Below are positions 53,494 through 57,750 of a stretch of DNA of 57,750 nucleotides, one piece after another. The position numbers and the translations under genes are program-made. Where the stretch lies: contig BLSG01000397.1 in NCBI GenBank assembly GCA_012862495.1, positions 1 to 57,750 of the forward strand, read 5' to 3'. The number at the start of each line of letters is the position of its first letter. Position 1 is the stretch's first letter. The DNA comes from Thraustochytrium aureum (Eukaryota). Below the pieces are notes generated by a model. That model had not been told where the DNA came from. It saw only the letters and a list, made by a program, of their open reading frames with translations, and searched no databases.

Positions 53494-56493
53494 CGAGACG
53501 CCGTGCAGGCGACACATGTTGAAAAACACGCCGTACGGCATAGCCGAGAGGTTGGGGTGGTGCATCGCGTCCATGGTGCAAAAGGCGCGCGCGGCGGTTG
53601 TTGTCGTCCGCCCAGCTTGCTTGGAGCGCGCCACACTTGGTTCTTCGCGAGCACTGGCAGCACTGCCGTCCTCCAGCGGGGCCGGCACGCCCCGCTCCTC
53701 TCGCCGGATAGTGTACTCCCCCGAGCGCGAGTCGATCGTGCCAGAGCCCATGAGGAAGTCAAAGAATCGAAAGCTCGCGCAAGAACTCGTCATCCGCAGA
53801 TTGAGGTCCACGGCCCAGAGCCGCAGCGCGTCCACGGCTGGGTCGAGAAACGAGACGTAGTCGATGCCCACATAGCCAATGACCCCGCGTGCGAAGAGCG
53901 CGGCACCAATAGCCAGAGATGCGCCCCGCAGCGCCGCGTACGGAACGGACTGCTGCGGAAAGCTCGACCCTGCATACTGAAACGGGTTCGACTTGGCAAA
54001 GTGCTGGTCCTGCGTCGAAATGAGCGCAACCGTCCCGTCAGGCGCGATGAACAGGTTGGCCGAAGGACTCTGGACCTCCAGGCTCGGCACGGCCTCCACG
54101 ACGCCCCCACGCGCAGGAACGCACGCACATAGCTCTCCCAGGAGGGATAAAATCTGTTTGCAGGCCACCGTGGCGATTTTTCGCAGGTCCGCGCGGAGGC
54201 CTTCTTCAAGCTTTCGCCGCGCCGCCTCCTGCACGTCCGGCCGCGTCCAGTACGCCTTTTGCAGCTGCGACCGCGTCGACTGGCGGACCCGCTCTCGCCG
54301 CAGCCCCTGCACAACGCTGTACTGGGCCACGTCGATCACGGCGTGGCCCCGGCCGGCAAACTCGTCATCGATCTTCAAGAGCCAGCGCTGCACGTCCAAG
54401 TTTGCCGCTATCAGCTTGGCCAACGTGCTCACCAGCTCGTGGTGCTCGTAGATGTCATGCGCGCCGGGGGGCACGTTGACCTCCGCTTCTTGAAACAGGC
54501 GCTTGGCCCCGGACTTGGTCCCGTAGAAGGCCGAAACTTCTGGGTTCGCGCCGAGCAGCGGGAGCCCAAGCGCGGTGGCCACGGCGCGGTCCTGTTCGCC
54601 GACCTGGCAGCCAACTAGATACGCCGGCCGCCCCTCCGTGATCGCCCGAATCCGCTTGATCGCTTTGGGGCTGTACAGCAGCGTCGTGGCCAGGGCAAAG
54701 TGCTCCGGAAAGCGGCTCGCGTTCTCTGCAGTGACAAACTTGAGCCGGCTCGCCGTGTGCTTCACCCCTCCGATCTGCAACAGCTTGTCGTAATAGTCGC
54801 GCACCTCATGGGGCAGCTCAAACGGGCAAACATAGACCACTTCCACCAGAGGGTCTGCAAGGTCTGTCAGGCGCGCCAGCTGCATGTTTTCGAGCGTTTT
54901 CCACCGCTCAGACGGGAGCCTCGCGTGCTCCCCGAAGGAGAGCGAGGGCACGTGCACGATCACCCGCCTTTGCGCTTGCATTCCGGTCCACCCCTCACAG
55001 AGCGAGGCTTGCAGAGCAGTCCACTTGGCCTCGTCGTTGCTGCGGCGCACCGCGAGGTTGCGCTGCAGGATGCGCTTGAGGCGAAAGACCTGAAATATGG
55101 ACTGAATGCACCGCGCTGCGGCCTCACGGAGGCGCCGCGTGTGATATTCCTTGCGCATGTGAAACCCGCGAAACGACGCTTGTACAGTTGTGGCAGCGCG
55201 CTCCAGGCCGGCCTCGCCTGCCGAGTCCGCGAACTTGCGACCGGGGAGGCGGACGAGAGCAGTGACCTGGTCTCTGTTGCGAATGCACTGCAGCAAGTCT
55301 CTCTCGGTTGGTTTCCGCAGCTCGTCGGCAGCGAGCTGGGCCAGGCGTGGCCCGTCCACGTAGGCAAGCGGGACCGAAAAGCGCCCCGTGAGGCTCTCCA
55401 GCTCTGCGATGAGGGCGGCAATTGCGCCCCACCGATGCAGGTTCTTCCGGCGGAACGCCACAAAAGCGGGAGCGCGGGCTTCCGCCTTGGCATTGCGAAT
55501 GGCAAGCACGAACTGATCGTGCTCATCGATCCGCTTGTCGTAAATGCGGATCGCCTCGACGGTCTTCCCGAGCGACTCCTCCTCTGCGCGGACGGCAGGT
55601 TCTGCAATCTCCAAGACCACGTTTGCTGTTTCCGGTCTTGGCGGGCCGTCCTCGCGTGACTTGTCTGCTCCGTGAAGCGGGCCGCCTGGGCCTGCCTTGC
55701 CGAGCTGCCCGAGTGGGCCGCTGCCGCCCGACATGTCGAGCTTGAAGTTGCCAGCCATCCCTGGGCTCTCGCTTGCGACCGCGACGCGCTGCTGCTGCTT
55801 GCGCTGCTCTGCATTGGCCCACTGATACATTGGCGCAGGATGGAGCACAACTGGTGGAGTGCCCCCGGAGGTGAATGCGGCCGTGACGTCTGTGCTTGCT
55901 GCTACTACACCCTTGGAGATCATGTCGAATACAGACACCTGTCCAGTCGCAATGCCTTGACGCGCGGCCGGGTTTAGCTGGGAGCGTGCTGCGTCTTCCA
56001 CATTTGGGGCGACTTGGCGTCGGAGCCGACTGAGCGAGGAGGGTAGCGGTCTGCGCCTTGAGGCAGGCGTTCCGCCACCGTTCGCAGCGTTCTTGTGCCT
56101 TCTGGACTGCGCGGGACTGGACCTGATCTTTTCGACAAGGTGGTCGATAACGCAAGCGTTGCGTGCCTGGTCTGCCGCAGACTCTGGTCGGCTGTCGTGG
56201 CGGCTCCGTTGCGGCGCGCCGTTCGGCGAGGCGCGGCCACCTGCTGGAGCCCTAACGGCGGTCGCGGCCATAGACGCGCTAAGAACCAGCTCGGCCTTTT
56301 GCCGCAGCTCCCGCTCTGCTCGCGCGATGATCTCCTCGACTTTGGCTTGCGTGCTCGCGCTGGCGTCCGCGTGCCCCTCCGTCGCAAGGAGCTCGCGCAG
56401 GCCTTGCAGGTCGCGCTCCACGTCGAGAATAATCCTACCAACATCTTCAACGTGCCGCGCCTCCGCGGCCCGGGCCGCCCCGACGGACTCCAT
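53494..56493 (-). CDS. IQCH: IQ motif-containing protein H (IQCH) homolog; 3' end in gap; compensating frameshift pair 54104-54152
   Basis: IQ motifs VQASFRGFHMRK and IQSIFQ; RVIVHVPSL, DPLVEVVYVCP, LLYSPKAIKRIR, TKSGAKRLF, WLLKIDDEFAGRGHA, GVIGYVGIDYV, LWAVDLNLR, HHPNLS. Confidence 0.88.
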
Positions 56494-56680
56494 CGCTCAA
56501 AGCGTCAGCTCGCCAAGGCGGGAGCGCGAAGAGGCTCCAAGCGCCCTGCAACTGTGCCAGCTCGGCGCGCAAGTCTTGGTTTCGTACCCCGACCGGGGCG
56601 CTGTCCCCGACGCGACAGGCCAGCGACGCCGGACTGGCAGGACGGCTGGCGAGCTCTGCAGCAGGCGCGACTGGCTGGCG

Positions 56681-56713
<33 letters not shown>

Positions 56714-57253
56714 GCGTCCGAGCCGCAGCCAAGCGACGAGCACTTGCTTGGCGGTCTGCTGCCAACGGATAGGTTGGCCGCTCGAGGGGCGACACAGACA
56801 TGTCTCAATTTTAATCTGCCGGCGGGCTCGGTTCGCCATGATGGCGGAGCAAGCAGCAGCTTGCGCTCCGGGCAGCAGGTTGATTCCCGGGCTCGCTTGA
56901 TTCCCGGGCTCGCTTGGAACTGCTTCGACCCAGGCGTTTCTCGACACGGCCGAGTTGGACATTCTTCGCAACGCTTGGTTGTCGCCGCGTTGCTGTTCAT
57001 GCCGCCCTCGGGCGCTGCGCGGCCCCTCGCCAGGCAGCGCTCCGCTCGAGGCGTTGGACTGGCGCGTGCATCCGTATTCAACCCCAAGCTCCCCTTAATT
57101 TAGTGGTAACGTATGTTGTCCAGGCAGAGGGAGAGCGGTGCTGCGGCCGGGCGCTTCAGATCCTGCTGCTCTAGCTAGAGACTGGTCTTTCCAGCAGACC
57201 TCGGCTGCGGCGAGCTGCCCCGGGGGTCGAGTCCCGCGCGCTCAACAGCACGC

Positions 57254-57750
57254 TCAAGAGCACTCGGAGAGGGCAAGGCTCTTGGCGTCGTCCACAAGGT
57301 GCTTGAGGTCTGCGATGAGGGCAGCCGGGTTTTCGCGGTCCTTGACGGCCTTGGCAATGTCGAGCAGGAGCTTGAGGGCCTCGCTCGTGGAGAACTTTTT
57401 GCAGTCCTGCTCAGTGGCACAGCAGAGCGGACCAAAGCTGATCGGCGAGTCTTCGGGGCAGGACCCCAGGCAGAGCGGGCCTTCGCCGACAGCGCCCGAG
57501 GGGCACTTTTCCCAGCAGAAATCGAGCTGCTTGTCCTCGTTGGCCGGGCATGTGCTGTTCTTGGCAAGGTGGCCCTTGCGAACATGCATAGGCTTCCAGC
57601 AAAGGCCTTCATCGGCGTCCAGCTTGTTGGCGGTCTCCAGAACGTCAATGGCCTTGGTGAGGCCGTCAAGCTGGGACCTCTCCCCAGGAGCCTTGTCTTT
57701 CAGGTAAATGTCAAGCTCCTTGAAGATGGGGTCCTTGCCAAGGTGGCGCC
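57254..57750 (-). CDS. C-terminus of a Cys-rich, probably secreted protein; 5' part beyond the window
   Basis: Open from the window edge: ...CWKPMHVRKG...CPANEDKQLDFCWEKCPSGAVGEGPLCLGSCP...GPLCCATEQDC...LSECS*. Confidence 0.7.
   Translation of the reverse strand, partial: RHLGKDPIFKELDIYLKDKAPGERSQLDGLTKAIDVLETANKLDADEGLCWKPMHVRKGHLAKNSTCPANEDKQLDFCWEKCPSGAVGEGPLCLGSCPEDSPISFGPLCCATEQDCKKFSTSEALKLLLDIAKAVKDRENPAALIADLKHLVDDAKSLALSECS

Noticed and set aside
52528..56493. 1321-aa ORF running from IQCH into the carbonic anhydrase region
   Set aside because: Artefact of translating through the gap; the part below 52927 is out of frame with the CA gene
56880..56915. 17-bp direct duplication TTGATTCCCGGGCTCGC x2 as a target-site duplication
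   Set aside because: Copies are adjacent with no intervening element; simple slippage

Overview
GC-rich, gene-dense, intron-poor eukaryotic draft scaffold with 12 N-gaps. Short GT-AG introns with GTAAGT/GTGAGT donors, cilium-associated genes (SPATA4/SPEF1-like, TEX9, IQCH), a GABA-B-type class C GPCR and an EGF-plus-multipass membrane protein suggest a flagellated protist. A thraustochytrid/labyrinthulomycete-like stramenopile is my inference and is not proven. About 27 protein-coding genes are recognisable. Enzymes: GPC acyltransferase, GT77-like and GT32 glycosyltransferases, PLP aminotransferase, MOFRL glycerate kinase, PP2C, ALDH, glutaryl-CoA dehydrogenase, ECH1-like isomerase, gulonolactone-oxidase-like flavoprotein, beta-carbonic anhydrase and a metzincin; there is also an LYR protein. 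About ten single-base frameshifts interrupt otherwise intact genes, mostly at homopolymers, and are probably sequencing errors. No rRNA, tRNA, CRISPR array or intact mobile element was seen. The most interesting item is a membrane-anchored histidine-brace (LPMO-like) copper protein at 38310-39188, 6.5 kb from a secreted aldonolactone oxidase that could supply reductant and H2O2. Also notable: a stathmin-like 51-residue-repeat protein, a eukaryotic EcsC-like membrane protein, a five-copy AATCGATT cluster in a divergent promoter and a recurring CTAGCTAG motif just downstream of stop codons. Family assignments come from motif recognition; no database searches were run.
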